This document shows positions 12,345 through 24,797 of a stretch of DNA of 64,000 nucleotides, piece by piece. Numbering within the stretch: the stretch's first letter is position 1; each line of letters opens with the position of its first letter. The notes under the pieces are model-generated. The model did not search any database. It was given only the letters and a program-made list of their open reading frames with translations, and was not told where the DNA came from. A program made the translations under genes and the position numbers. Source of the stretch: Mobula hypostoma (lineage: Eukaryota); assembly GCF_963921235.1 (NCBI RefSeq), contig NC_086108.1, forward strand, positions 56,608,001 through 56,672,000. Direction: 5' to 3'.

Positions 12345-13345
12345 GATTTTTTTCTGAAATGGAGACCAGTGACCAGCAGTGTGCTGCAGAGGTCAGTGTT
12401 GGGAACCTTGTTATTCATTATTTATACATTTTATTCGGATTTGAATGTACATGGTCTGATCAGTAAATTTGCAGATTGCACAAACTTAGGAGGTGGTATT
12501 GATAGTGAAGAAGATTGTGGTGGACTACTATAAAACATAGGAGCAGAATTAGGTCATTACGGGGAGGGCTTGATAAAATAGTGAAGTGGGATGAGGAGCG
12601 GCAAATGGATTCCAATACAAATAAGTATGAGGTGGTGCATTTTGGAAAGTCAAACCAGTGTAGGACTTGTCGTATGAATGCTAGGGCATTAGGGAGTGTA
12701 ATGGAACAGATTACCGAGGAATACAAGTGCATAATTTGTTGCAAACTATGGTGTCACTGATGGACAAGGTGGTGAAAAGAAATTAAACATGCTGGCCTTC
12801 TTCAGTCTGGCAAGGGGTATAGTGTTGCGACATTATGTTGCTGTTGTACAAAGTTGGTAAGCCATACTCAGAGTACAGTGTACAGTTTTAATCACCCTGT
12901 TATAGGAAAGATGTTAAGCTGGAAAGAGTGCAAAAAAGATTTATGAAGTTGTTGCCAGGATTAGAAGGCCTGAGTTATAAAGAGAACTTGGCCAGGATAG
13001 ATCTTTATTCTTTGGAATGTAGGAGAATGAGGGGTGACCTTATGGAAATGTTTAAAACTGAGAGGAGTAGATAAGGAGGATCATAACAATCTTTCCCCAG
13101 GGCAGAGGAGTTCTAAACAAGGGGGCGTAGATTTAGACTGAGAGGGTAAATATTTAAAAGGGACTTGGGGCAACTTTTCCACATAGGGTGGTGCATATAT
13201 AGAATGAGTTGCGAGGAAGTATTTGAAGTGGCTACAATAGGTACATGGAAGGGAGTATCTGAAGAGATAAGACTGAAGGCATAAAATTGGGACCAACTAG
13301 TTGGGAATGTGGTTGGCATGGACTAGTTGGGTCAAAGAGCCTGTA
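12345..13345 (+). mobile_element. CR1 LINE 3' portion
   Basis: WRPVTSSVLQRSVLGTLLF, SKFADCTNLGG, KYEVVHFGKSN; CR1-type 3' region. Confidence 0.88.
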
Positions 13346-13785
13346 TAGAAACATAGAAACATTGAAAACCTACAGCACAATACAGATCCTTCGGCCCACA
13401 GAGTTGTGCCGAACATGTCCCTACCTTAAAAGTTGCTAGGCTTACCTATAGCCCTCTGTTTTACTAAGCTCCATGTACCTATCTAAAAGTCTCTTAAAAG
13501 ACCCTATCGTATCCGCCTCCACCACCGTTGCCGGCAGCCCATTCCACGCTCTCACCACTCTCTGAGTAAAAAACCTACCCCTGACATCTTCTCTGTATCT
13601 ACTCCCCAACACCTTAAACCTGTGTCCTCTTGTGGCAGCCATTTCAGCCCCGGGAAAAAGCCTCTGACTAACCACACAATCAATGCCTCTCAACGCCTTA
13701 TACACCTCTATCAGGTCACCTCTCATCCTCCGTCTCTCCAAGGAGAAAAGGCCGAGTTCACTCAACCTATTCTCATAAGGCATGT
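13346..13785 (-). mobile_element. CR1 LINE 3' end, younger copy, tail-to-tail with the previous one
   Basis: ORF 13442-13783(-): LGLFSLERRRMRGDLIEVYK, FFTQRVVRAWNGLP; (TAGAAACA)n tail. Confidence 0.92.
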
Positions 13786-13829
13786 ATCCATGTTATATTG
13801 CTCTATGACTGTAATACCTAGTCTCGTAT

Positions 13830-15605
13830 AGAGATGTAGAACACTATAGCACAGAAGAAGGCCCTTCCATCCATCTAGTCCACGCTGAACTATTAATCTA
13901 CTAGTCCCATTGACCTGTACTCAGGACCATAGCCATCCCTACCCCTCCCATCTACGTGCGGTAATTGATAAGTTCGTGGCCTAAGGTAGAAGGAGTCAAT
14001 TTTAGAAAACCTAGCACATTTATTTTTCAACATAGTCCCCTCCTATATGTACACACTTAGTCCAGTGGTCGTGGAGCATACGGATCTCTTCCTTGTAAAA
14101 GTGATCCACAGCAGGGTGATTGATAAGTTTGTGGCCTAAGGTAGAAGGAGATGAGTTATTAACCTCAAACTTTCTACATTATCATTCAAAGAGTTGAACT
14201 GCATGTGCATATAACGAGAGCATCTTGGACCTCCAGGTGGTCCACAGCAGGGGAGATTGATAAGTTCGTGGCCTAAGGCAAAAGGAGATGAGTTATACAG
14301 CTCTCGTTACACGCACGTGCAGTTCAACTCTTTGAGTGAAAATGCAGAAAGTTTGAAGTTTCTCCTCATCTTGTTCTACCTTAGGCCACAAACTTATCAA
14401 TCACCCCTGCTGTGGACCACTTCTGGAGGTCCAAGACGCCAATCTCTACAAAGAAGGAATCTGTATGCTCCATGACCGCTGGACTAAGTGTGTAAATGTA
14501 GGAAAAATAAATGTGCTAGGTTTTCTAAAATTGACTCCTTCTACCTTAGGTCATGAACTTATCAATCACCCTTCATATGTACTTATACCAATTTCTCTTA
14601 GATGTTGAAATTGAGCCCACATCCACCAGTTGCACTGGCAGCTTGTACCACACCCTCACCACCCTCTGAGTGAAAAAGTTCCCCTCATATTCCCCTTAAC
14701 TTTAACCCATGACCTCTAGTTCTCATCTTAGCCAATCTTAGTGGGAAAACCCTATCTATACCCCTCATAATTTTGTATACCTCTATCAAATCTCCCCTCA
14801 TTTTCCTATACTGTTTTGAAAATCTCCTATATTGTAAAGTTTGCCTGTACTCTTTCAATCTTATTGATATGTTTCCTACAGGTAAGTGACCAGAACTACA
14901 TACAATACTCCAAATTATACCACGCCAATGTCTTCTTCACCTTCCACATAACATGCCAACTCCCGTATTAAGTGCTTTGATTTATGACAGCCAGTGTGTC
15001 AGTGGTATTCTTTATGACCCTATCTACCTGTGATGCTACTTTCAAGGATTGTGGAGCTGTATTCACAGATCCCCCAGTTCTATTAAACTCCTCAGTGTCC
15101 TGCTGCTCACCATGTACGTCCTACCCTGGTTTGTTTTCTCCAAGTGCAACACCTCAAACTTGTCTGCATTAAATCACATTTGCCATTTTTCAGCCCACTT
15201 TTCCAGCTGGTCTAGATCCCACTGCAAGCTTTGGTAGTCTTCCTCACTATCCACTATACCCCCAATCTTGGTGCCATCTGCAAATTTGCTGATCCAGTTA
15301 ACCACGTTATCATCCAGATTGTTGATACAGATGACAAACAACAACAGACTAGCACCAGCCCCTCGGAACATCACTAATCACTGGCTTCAAGTCAGAGAGG
15401 CAACCATCTACAACTACTCTCTGGCTTCTCCCACGAAGCCAATGTCAAATCCAATTTACTACCTCATCCTGAATGCCAAGCGACTGAACCTTCTTGACCA
15501 AACTCCCATGCGGGACCTTGTCAAAGGTCTTACTAAAGTTCGTGTAGACAACATCCATTACCTTCCCTTCATCAACTTTCTTGGTAACTTCCTCGAAAAA
15601 CTCTA
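13830..15605 (-). mobile_element. CR1 LINE (RT to tail) interrupted by a MITE
   Basis: ORFs 15445-15645(-) FSKTFDKVPH and 15174-15374(-) SKFADGTKIGG; the 3' region continues on both sides of the MITE. Confidence 0.88.
13955..14575. mobile_element. Tc1/mariner-type MITE (non-autonomous)
   Basis: Long terminal inverted repeats (GATAAGTTCGTGGCCTAAGGTAGAAGGAGTCAATTTTAGAAAACCTAGCACATTTATTTTTC and its reverse complement). TA at 13953-13954 and 14576-14577. Confidence 0.88.
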
Positions 15606-16019
15606 CCTTCAAACTTGCCTGTTGGAAGCATTCACTTGTGAACACATTCTAACACTGGAAGTCCTAAAGTTATGGACAGACTAAGGGGGATTGCATTGTT
15701 GCACCCCCCCGCAACCTTTGCTACATTTTCTTCATGTCCCAGTGTTAGTGCACATTAATTTCTAATTTCCCGGCCAACTTGTACATTATCAGGTCTGAAA
15801 AAGATGTCTGTCTAACGTTGCGCATAAAGACTGCATAGCTGAGCCATAGATACACATTGCATTAACTGTTCTAAAGTAATTGCAGTGCTTACTTAAGCTG
15901 ATAATATTGAAAGTGACAGAAAAGCCTGCAACCAATAAAATACTGCATTGTATAGTTCTCCACAAAAGAAGCACGGCAAAGAACGTAGATTTCTTGATAC
16001 CACTGTGTCAGAGAGATGA

Positions 16020-16660
16020 CTTATTCCCTGTAGGCCATCTCATTATTGTTTGAGATAAGGCCGATCAACGTAGTGTCGTCGGCAAATTTAATGAGCGGAT
16101 TGGAGCAGTAGGTGGCGATTCATGGGTATACAGGGAGTAAAGGAGGGGACTCAGTACGCAGACCTGAGGGGCTCCTGTATTGAGAGTCAGGGGGTTGAAG
16201 GTGAAGGAGCCCACTCTTTCCTACACTGGGATCCCCTGCTTGTGCGATCCATGGGAGACTCATTTCTTACACCGCCACCGCCTTGGAAGAAGCATGGAGG
16301 CAAGGGAGAAGGGCCGGTGTCCTGGTGAGGCTGAGACAGCATGCAAATCGACCGCCGCTCCCTGGCATACTCCTGGCTAATGTTCAGTCCCTGGATAACA
16401 AGCTTTGTGAACTGAGAGCCAGAATCTCCTATCAGCGGGAAACAAAGGAATGCAACGTTTTGTGCTTCGTGGAGACCTGGCTGATGGAGGAGGTACCAGG
16501 TCATGCCATCAAGCCCTCTGGGTTCTCCCTGTTCCAGGCAGACAGGTCGAAAAACTTCACTGGGAAGAGTAAAGGAGGAGGGGTTTGCTTCATGGTCAAC
16601 AATGCTTGGTGCGACCCCCAGAGTGTGCATCCCCTCAAATCCTTTTGTTCACCAGACCTG
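16020..16660. mobile_element. Rex1/Babar fragments: RT piece (-) joined to AP-endonuclease N-terminus (+)
   Basis: ORF 16283-16762(+): LANVQSLDNKL, CFVETWL, DR..GKSKGGGVCFMVNNAWC. Minus strand 16020-16190 gives LLYSLYTH and KFADDTTLIGLIS. Confidence 0.8.
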
Positions 16661-16669
16661 GGACCGATC

Positions 16670-17190
16670 ACGATGCCAATACAAACTCGTCCCATCTGCC
16701 TGTATATGGTCAATATCTCCCCACTCCCTATCAGTTCGTGTGTCTTTCTAACTACCCCTTAAGTGTTCTTATTGAATCTTTATCAACCACTTCCCCTTGA
16801 GGACATTCCAACACAAATTTCCTTGTAAATCCTCTGAAAACAACCCCTCCCCCACTTAAAATCATGGGCCCTAGTAAATAATATTTCCACCCTGGGTAAA
16901 AGGCTCTGATTATCTACACTGTCATTTGCACTCATAATTTTATATTTTTCTATTGTGTTGCCCTCAGCTTTCAAAACTCCAATTCATTGTCCAAACTTTC
17001 CTTATACTGTACCTAATACTTTCTAATCCAGTTACCAACCTGGTTGAACCTGTTCTACAACATCTCCAAAGTTTACACATCCTTCCTGTCATGTGACAAC
17101 CAGAACTGCAACAATACTCTCTATGTGGCTTACCCAAAGCTATGTAGACTTGCAACATGACTTTCTGACTTTTATGCACAATGCCCATAC
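16670..17190 (-). mobile_element. CR1 3' fragment, decayed
   Basis: VMLQVYIALGKPHREYC; IEKYKIM. Confidence 0.75.
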
Positions 17191-17620
17191 CAATGGAGGC
17201 AGATAAGGAGAGAAAAAAATTGGGAGATAGATGGGGCAAGATCGTGGGTGGAGAGAATGAAACTTGGAGACAATTGCTAGATGGAGAAAGGCAGGAGCAC
17301 AAAGGATTATCAGTGCTAGAATCTGATAAGGAGCTGAGACTGAGAACCACGAGGGAAGAGGAGAATGGCAGGAGGAACTGGAACCAAAACAGGGAAAGTG
17401 GTGGGGGTGGAGGGATGGGGAAAGAACCCACTGGGTTAATTGAAAATGAAAAACATTAGACGTTCATACCATTGGCTTGTATATTACCCAGGCTGAATAC
17501 GAAATATTGTTAATCTAGTTTGCATTGAGTCTCACACTTGCAGTATAGAAGGCCGACCCAAGGATTGGCAGTTCAGTGTGGAACTGGGAAGGGGAATTGA
17601 AATGGCGTACAACTGGGGGC
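17190..17620 (-). mobile_element. Old Penelope-like fragment (endonuclease C-terminus and pyrimidine-rich UTR)
   Basis: Minus frame QYFVFSLGNIQANGMNV matches EQHFILCLRSLQPDGMNID of the copy at 19074. Confidence 0.6.
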
Positions 17621-18714
17621 TCAGGATGGACGCTAGGCTTCTAAGCAACCCACCATTTACTGTACACTTTCCTCTGATTTATGAACTCTTGCAAAGAAAA
17701 CTTTTTTTTTGCTTTAACCTGAAAAAGCATTCAAGTTGCCTGCGTATGCTGTAGGTTAGGAGATTTTGAGATCCTTAATATCATAGAATTCCAGTGATGA
17801 TATCACATAGAAAACGTCAAGCATGGATTAAGTACATACTTACAGTACATTTCACTTCACTCCCCCACAGGCAGCTTTGCTGACACTGCTTGTTTTCTGC
17901 TATGTTGTCACTGACTATGTCATCATTAGGTGAGAGATACCTACTTTATCCAAAATGAAATAGCTGCAAATTTGGTATGAACATTTTTTTAAAACTACAG
18001 TCATCTTGTACTGCATTATTGAAAACATTTTTAAAACTCTTTTTTGACCAGTAATTCATAAAGAACAGCATATTTAAGCCACAATAACTAGAAATCTCAT
18101 GAATGAATTACAAGATCTGGATCTTCTAATGTACTGTTTATCTGAAATTAATTTTCTGTGGTAATGAAAGAATGATTTTAAACAAGGTAATTTGTGTCCG
18201 TGTGATCCAGCATTGGAATAATTATGCGCTGTAAAAGTTTTTCCAATTAACAATAAATTGCAGATATGAAGAGTAAAATAGATTTAGTTGAAGTTATTTA
18301 ATAGTATACCATTCTGTGGGTTTTTGTGTGTTCAGCACTCGGTCTCAACTCCAGGGTACCTGCTTGTAGCAACTTGGTTGCCATGGAGATGAAGCCTTTC
18401 TATTCTTTAATAAAGGATTTATGTAAATGGGAAAGGTGCATTTTTATTGAATTTATTATTAAACCCACTGGTTTATCTTACTTCTGAGGGTATCAAGTAA
18501 TTTCTGCCCCAAAGGTCCAAAGACCCTTCTGCCTGCTGCTCTCCATCGTGCTGGCTAATATTCCTTTCTGCATTCCCAATAAAATATTTAAATCATTTTA
18601 TTTTATGTTCGGAGAATGAAAGATACGTGGAATGGGAAAAGATAGTATTCAGTAGTATGCGATGTATTTGTTGGAATGTGTTGCTCTTTACATTCACTGA
18701 CTGTGACTTTTTTC

Positions 18715-19415
18715 TAAAGCAACACACACAAATGCTGGAGGAACTCAGCAGGTCAGGAAGCATTTATGGAAATATACAGACAGTCGACGTTTCAGGCTGA
18801 GACCGTTCTTCAGGATTGAAAAGGAAAGGGGAAGATGCCAGAATAAAAAGGTGGGGTGGGGGGGGCGTGGTGGAAGGAGAATAACTGGAAAGTGATAGGT
18901 GAAGTCAGGTGGGTTGGAAGGATAAAGGGCTGGAGAAGAAGGAATCTGATGGGAGAAGAGAGTGGACCAAAGGGAAAGGGGAGGATACCTAGGGGAGATG
19001 ATAGGCAGGTGAGAAGAAGTAAGAGGCCAGAGTGAGGAATAGAAGAAGAGGGGAGGGGGAGGGAAAAACATTTTTACCAGAAGGAGAAATCGATATTCAT
19101 GCCATCAGGTTGGAGGCTCCTCAAACACAATATAAAGTGTTGCTCCTCCACTCTGAGGGTGGCCTTATCTTGGCACAAAAGGACGCCATGGATTGACATG
19201 TCAAAACAGGAATGGGTGTTTGACCACCAGGAAGTTCTGTTTTTGGCGGATGGTGCGGAGGTGCTCGACGAAGCAGTCCCCCAATTTACGACGGGTCTCA
19301 CCAATGTAGAGGAGGCCACATCAGGAGCACCAGACACAACAGATGATCCCAACATATTCGCAGGTAAGTGCTGGCTCACCTGGAAGGACCATTTAGGGCC
19401 CTGAATGGAGGTGAT
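18715..19415 (-). mobile_element. Penelope-like retroelement fragment: GIY-YIG endonuclease end, UTR and hammerhead motif
   Basis: ORF 19074-19514(-) ends LRVEEQHFILCLRSLQPDGMNIDFS. Hammerhead-like CAATC-CTGAAGA...GAAACGTC-GACTG at 18781-18818(-). Confidence 0.88.
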
Positions 19416-19589
19416 TCTATTCCTCCTTTCCACCAACAGGAAAAATAACAATGGAATTATTGCTTCAAAAGTACTTCCCTCAGTGTATGCCACTTTGAGG
19501 AAGTTTGTGAACATGAAATAGGTTAGGAGGGTTTTTTCCTTTCATTAGTGCTGATTCGGTTTTGGTTGCCCATTGTACAGTGCAGGCAG

Positions 19590-20438
19590 GATGACAGTGG
19601 AATGCTCCTCCTGTAGGATGTGGGAATTCATGGAGCCTGATGGTCTTCCTGATGATTACAACTACGGGAAGTGCGGTCAACTCCAGCTCATGAAAAACCA
19701 CATTAAGGATCATCTGGGAGGCAGAGCAATTGATAGATACAACTTTTGAGCAGACAGGTGAACACCAAGAGAGGTAAAGGGAGAAAAGTCGGTGCAAGGT
19801 ACCCCTGTCACCTTTCCCCTCAGCAACAGGTATACCCCTTTGGATAGTGCTAAAGGGGTTGACCTGAAGCAGCCAGACCAATAGCACTGTGGTCAGCTCT
19901 GAGCCTCAGAAGGGTAGGAGGAAGTCAGGTGAAGCAATAGTCATAGGGGACTCGATAGTTAGGGAGACAGATAGGAGATTCTGCAGCAGCAAAAGAGGTG
20001 CCAGAATAGTGTGTTGCCTCCCGGGTGCCAGGGTCCAGGATGTCTCTGAGTGGTTGCAGAATATTCCTGAAGGGGAGGGTGAGCAGCTGGAGTTCATGGT
20101 ACATGTTGGTACCGATGATATAAACAGGAGAGGAGTTGAGGTCTTGCACAGTAAGTTTAGGGAGTTAGGAAAAAGGCTGAGGAGCAGGACATCCAAGGTG
20201 GTAATCTCCGGATTACTCCGGATGCAACCAACTAGTGAAGGTCAGAACAGGAAGATAGCACAGATGAATGAGTGGCTGAGGAGATGGTGCAGGGGGCAGG
20301 GTTCAAGTTCTTGGAACATTGGAACCTTTTTTGGGGAACTGGTCACCTGTACAAATGGGACAGGTTGCACTTGAACTGGAACAGAACCAATATCCTGGGA
20401 GGGAAGTTTGCTAATGTTATTGGGGTGGGTTTAAACTA
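19590..20438 (+). pseudogene. CR1 ORF1 (zinc finger plus SGNH esterase domain), frameshifted
   Basis: VECSSCRMWE; IVIGDSIVR (block I), CLPGARV (II), VHVGTDD (III), DRLHL (V). Confidence 0.85.
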
Positions 20439-22239
20439 GATTTGCCGGGGGTGGGAACCAAAGTGAAGAGGCAGAGGATGGGGTGGTTGGTGCACAAGTA
20501 GTGATAGCTTGTAGGGAGTTTGTGAGGAAGGATAAGCAGATGAGCAAAGATGCACTCAGCCAGATGGTTCGAGATGTGTCTATTTTAATGCAAGGAGTAT
20601 CATAAACAAGGCGGATGAACTTAAAGCATGGATCAATATGTGGAACTATGATGTTGTGGCTATTACAGAGACTTGGAATGTCTCAGAGGCAGGAATGGCT
20701 GCTGAGTGTGCTGGTCTTTAGAGGTTTCAAAAAGGACAGGGAGGGAAGCAAAAGAGGTGGGGGCATGGCATTGCTAATCAGGGATAGTGTCATGGCTGCT
20801 GAGAAGGAGAAAGTCATGGAGGGATTATCTACTAGGTCATTGTGGGTGGAAGTCAGAAACAGGAAGGGGGCAATAACTACTGGGTGTTTTTATAGACCCC
20901 CCCCCCCCGAATAGTAACAGGGACATTGAGGAGCAGATAGGGAGGCAGATTCTGGAACGATGCAATAATAATAGGGTTGTTGTGATGGGTGATTTTAACT
21001 TTCCTAATATTGATTGGCACCTCCTCAGAGCAAGGGATTTAGATGGGATGGAGTTTGTTAGGTGTGTTCAGGAAGGTTTCCTGATGCAATATGTAGATAA
21101 GCCAACTAGTGGAGAGGTTGTACTTGATCTGTTGTTGGGAAATGAACCTGGTCAGGTGTCAGTTCTCTCGGTGGGAGATCATTTTAGAGGTAGTGATCAC
21201 AACTCTGTCTCCTATACCATAACACTGGAGAGGGATAGGAACAGACAATTTGGGAAAATGCTTAATTGGGGTAGGGGAAAATATGATACTATTAAGCAGA
21301 AACTTGGAAACATAAATTGGGAGCAGATGTTCTCAGGGAAACGTGGCAAATGTTCAGGGAACATTTGCATGGAGTTCTGCGTAGATATGTTCCATTGAGG
21401 CAGGGAAAGGATGGTAGGGTTAAAGAACCATGGTGTACAAAGGATGTAGAAAATCTAGTTAAGAAGAAATGAAAAGCTTACAAAAGGTTAAAGAAACTAG
21501 GTACAAATAGAGCTCTAGAAAATTACAAGGGTGCCAGGAAGGAGCTCAAGAATGAAATCAGGAGAGTTAGAAAGGACCATGGGCAGGCCTTGGCAAGCAG
21601 GATTATGGAAAACCCAAAAACATTCTACAAGTATGTGAAGAGCAAGAGGAAGAGCCACGTGAGAATAGGACCAATCAGGAGCGATAGTGGACACGTGCAT
21701 GGAACCGGAGGAGGTAGCGGAGATGTTTAATGAATACTTCGCTTCAGTATTCACCAGTGAAAAGGACCTTGGCAATTCTGGGGATGACTTACAGCAGACT
21801 GAAACACTTGAGTGTATAGACATTAAGAAAGAGGATGTGCTGTAGCTTTTGAAAGGTATTAAGTTAGATAAGTTGCCAGGACCGGATGAGATGTTCCCCA
21901 GGCTGCTGTGGGAAGTGAGGGACGAGATTGCTGAGCCTCTGGCGATGATCTTTGTATCTTCAATAGGGATGGGAGAAGTACCAGAGGATTGGAAGGTTGC
22001 AAATGTTGCTCCCTTGTTCAAGAAAGAGAGTAGAGTTAACTCAGGAAATTATAGACCAGTGAGTCTTACTTCAGTGGTGGGCAAGTTGTTGAAGAAGATC
22101 CTGAGAGGCAGGATTTATGAGCATTCAGAGATACATAATCTGATTAGGGATAGTCAACACGGCTTTGTCAAGGGCAGGTCATGCCTTTAAGAGATTCTTT
22201 GGTACATGGAGCTTAGAAAAATAGAGCGCTATGTGAGCT

Positions 22240-22603
22240 ATTTCGCTGCCTGGGCAGGGCGAAAAGCATTATCAGGGATGCATCTCACCCTAAACATGGA
22301 CTTTTTACTCTCCTCCCATCCGGTAGGCGCTACAGGAGCCTCTGCTCCCGCACCAGCAGGGACAAGAAGAGCTTCTTCCCTGAGGCTGTGACACTGCTGA
22401 ACCTCTCATCACAGCGCTAAGCAGTATTGCATCCGTATTGTACTGTCTCAGTACTTTTATATTTGTGCGCTGTAGCACTTTTTTTATTTGCAATTATTTT
22501 GTAAATAACACTATTCTTTGCATTTCTGGTCAGATGCTAAATGCATTTCATTGGCTTTGTATCTGTACTCAGCACAATGACAATAAAGTTGAATCTAATC
22601 TAA
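22240..22603 (+). mobile_element. Rex1/Babar 3' fragment inserted in the CR1 3' end
   Basis: AKSIIRDASHP, LLPSGRRYRSL; ATGACAATAAA plus (AATCT)n tail. Confidence 0.8.
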
Positions 22604-24059
22604 TCGGGTTATGGTTTCTATTCTGTGCGCAGTTCAGTGGAACTAGGCCGAAAATGGTTCGGCACAGCCAAGAAGGGCCAAAAGGCCTGTTTCTGTGCTG
22701 TAGTTTTTCTATGGTTTTCTATGGTTTCTATGGTAATTCTAGGCATTTACTAGAGAAGGTTACATGGTCAGCACAACATTGTAGGCCGAAGGACTTGTAA
22801 TGTGCTGTAGATTTCTATGTTCTATTAAATGTAAAATAATTATAAGAATCCTTAGTAGTTTTGATAGTGAATATAATACCTGGAGCTCTGGCAGGTTGCA
22901 TTCTGGCAACCTGTGCATGGATCTTAGCTCCTTTGCAAATAAGCCCAAAAGCCAATGAAAAGAGGTGCAATAATTACAATGCACAAATTCAAGATTCAAG
23001 ATTATTTATTGTCATTCATCAGTACACAAGTGTAAAGGATAGCAAAATGATTGTTACTCTGGACCCGATGCAGCATTAAAAAAAAACAGAATAAGCATGC
23101 AATAAATATAAATAACTAAGTTTAGTTTCTACACATAAACTGACTGCATGTATGTAAAGTGAAGCTAGGTATAAGAGTACCTGTTAGTAATGTGACTTTG
23201 ATAGGAAATGATAAAGTAGTGGTGGTTGGTCAATTAGTTCAACCATGGAAAGTCTTTCAATTTCATTTGCCCACTAACCTGCACTAACCATTCTGTTCAT
23301 TGACTAAGTGCTTCAGCAGAATGACTGGGTTAGTTTGCCATGGTTAAAACTACCTTTTGTTAATTACAGGGAGTCTGCAGGTCTTAAAGAGGAAACACGT
23401 TTCAGCTGAAGATATCTGCAAGTGAAATTGACCTGGGAAGTGGTGAAGAAAGGAATAACATGGGAGATGGCAGTGCTCTGTTTCGCAATGGCTGCATGGG
23501 GAGGTTTGTTACTGAACATGGAAAAGAAGAAGTCTTCAGGAAGCCAGACTTCCACACAGACAGTGTGAAAGGATGGGCCGGGGTGGGGGGGAAAGGGGGG
23601 GAAGAAGGGGGGGAAAGAAGGAGGTCAATGCTAAAAGTCATGCCTCAAAGACCTGGCTGCAATAGGGCAGGATGTTTAATGACTTCACACAAATGATTGA
23701 AGCCACCTAGTAATAGTATCGGTTTCCATGTTCTGTTGAACGACTCCCAGCCTTAGGTGCTGACTAATTTACTCACATCACTCACCTATATATTTTTGTA
23801 ATTTATCCATCAGTCACCTATCAGAAATCTCAGAATAAATTCTCTGATCAGAGTTGCAATTGAAGAAGTTGGGGATAAATTGAGTAATATTAAGAACATA
23901 CTAATAACAGTCTCTTGTTCTGATTTTCCATCAAAGCAGATATCTGTATTTTTAGCTCCTGAAGTACCCAATGCCAAAATCCTTAATGTTGAAGAATGTG
24001 AGGGCTTTCCATTAATTTCCAGTAAGAGATATGTTGTGTTTATTGTATTAAAATCTACT

Positions 24060-24395
24060 GGCATAGATATGGTAGACAGTCAGAATCTTTTCCCTCAGGG
24101 AGAAATGTCAACTATGCATTTAAGTTAGAGTGGGTAAGTTTAAAGGCAACATGAGGGGCAAGTTTTTTTTACACACAGGGTGTTACCTCCCTTGAATAGG
24201 TTGCCAAGGATAGCTGTGGAAGCAGGGTGTTTGGCAGAGTTTAAGAGGCACTTAGATAGATGAATGAATACAAAAGGAATGGGGTGATTTGGTTGATAAA
24301 CAGGAAGAGCGTCTTTAGCATAAATTAGCATCAAGATTGGCACAATATCATGGACTGACTGGCCTGTCCAGTGCTGTACTGTTCAATGTTCTAAA
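24060..24395 (+). mobile_element. CR1 3' end fragment
   Basis: GIDMVDSQNLFP; TTTAAGAGGCACTTAGATAG; CR1-type tail. Confidence 0.75.
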
Positions 24396-24500
24396 CTCTC
24401 ACATGTAGACCATACCTTCACACAAAGGACCGGTTTCAGAGCTCACAACTTACATTCAAAGGCAGTCATTCAACCATAAGTGAAACAACAACGAAATGGG

Positions 24501-24797
24501 TTTAAGGCTTGCACTGGCGGGCACCTCCCAGTCTGCACCTAGCTAGCAGGAGTCACTAATTTCCAAATTATCACCTGCAGCCTATCTAATCCCGGATTTC
24601 ACCCACAATTCACCCATTGAGTCACCTGCTCCTAGCCTTGAGTCACCTTCTTGCCTTGTCATGTTAAGTATGTGTTCTCTCTTGTTTTGTGCACCTTGTG
24701 ACTTATTATTTTCCAGTTTATAGGTAAAGTATCATTTACTGCTAAAATCATCTCCTGTGCCCTGATTTGAGTCAAGCTTCCTCTACATCTCCCGACA
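24501..24797 (+). repeat. 5' LTR of the chromovirus
   Basis: Shares GGCACCTCCCAG, AGCTAGCAGGAGTCAC and ATCACCTGCAGCCTAT with 28815-29130; ends ..GACA just before gag. Confidence 0.8.

Larger units (their letters stand above)
19520..22735 (+). mobile_element. CR1 LINE with ORF1, ORF2 endonuclease and RT start; most of RT deleted
   Basis: ORF1 esterase motifs. ORF2 YFNARSI, MGDFNFPNIDW, SDHN, NYRPVSLTSVVGK, SQHGFVKGRSCL, then a jump at about 22188 to 3'-end sequence. (TTTCTATGG)n tail at 22706-22733. Confidence 0.92.
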
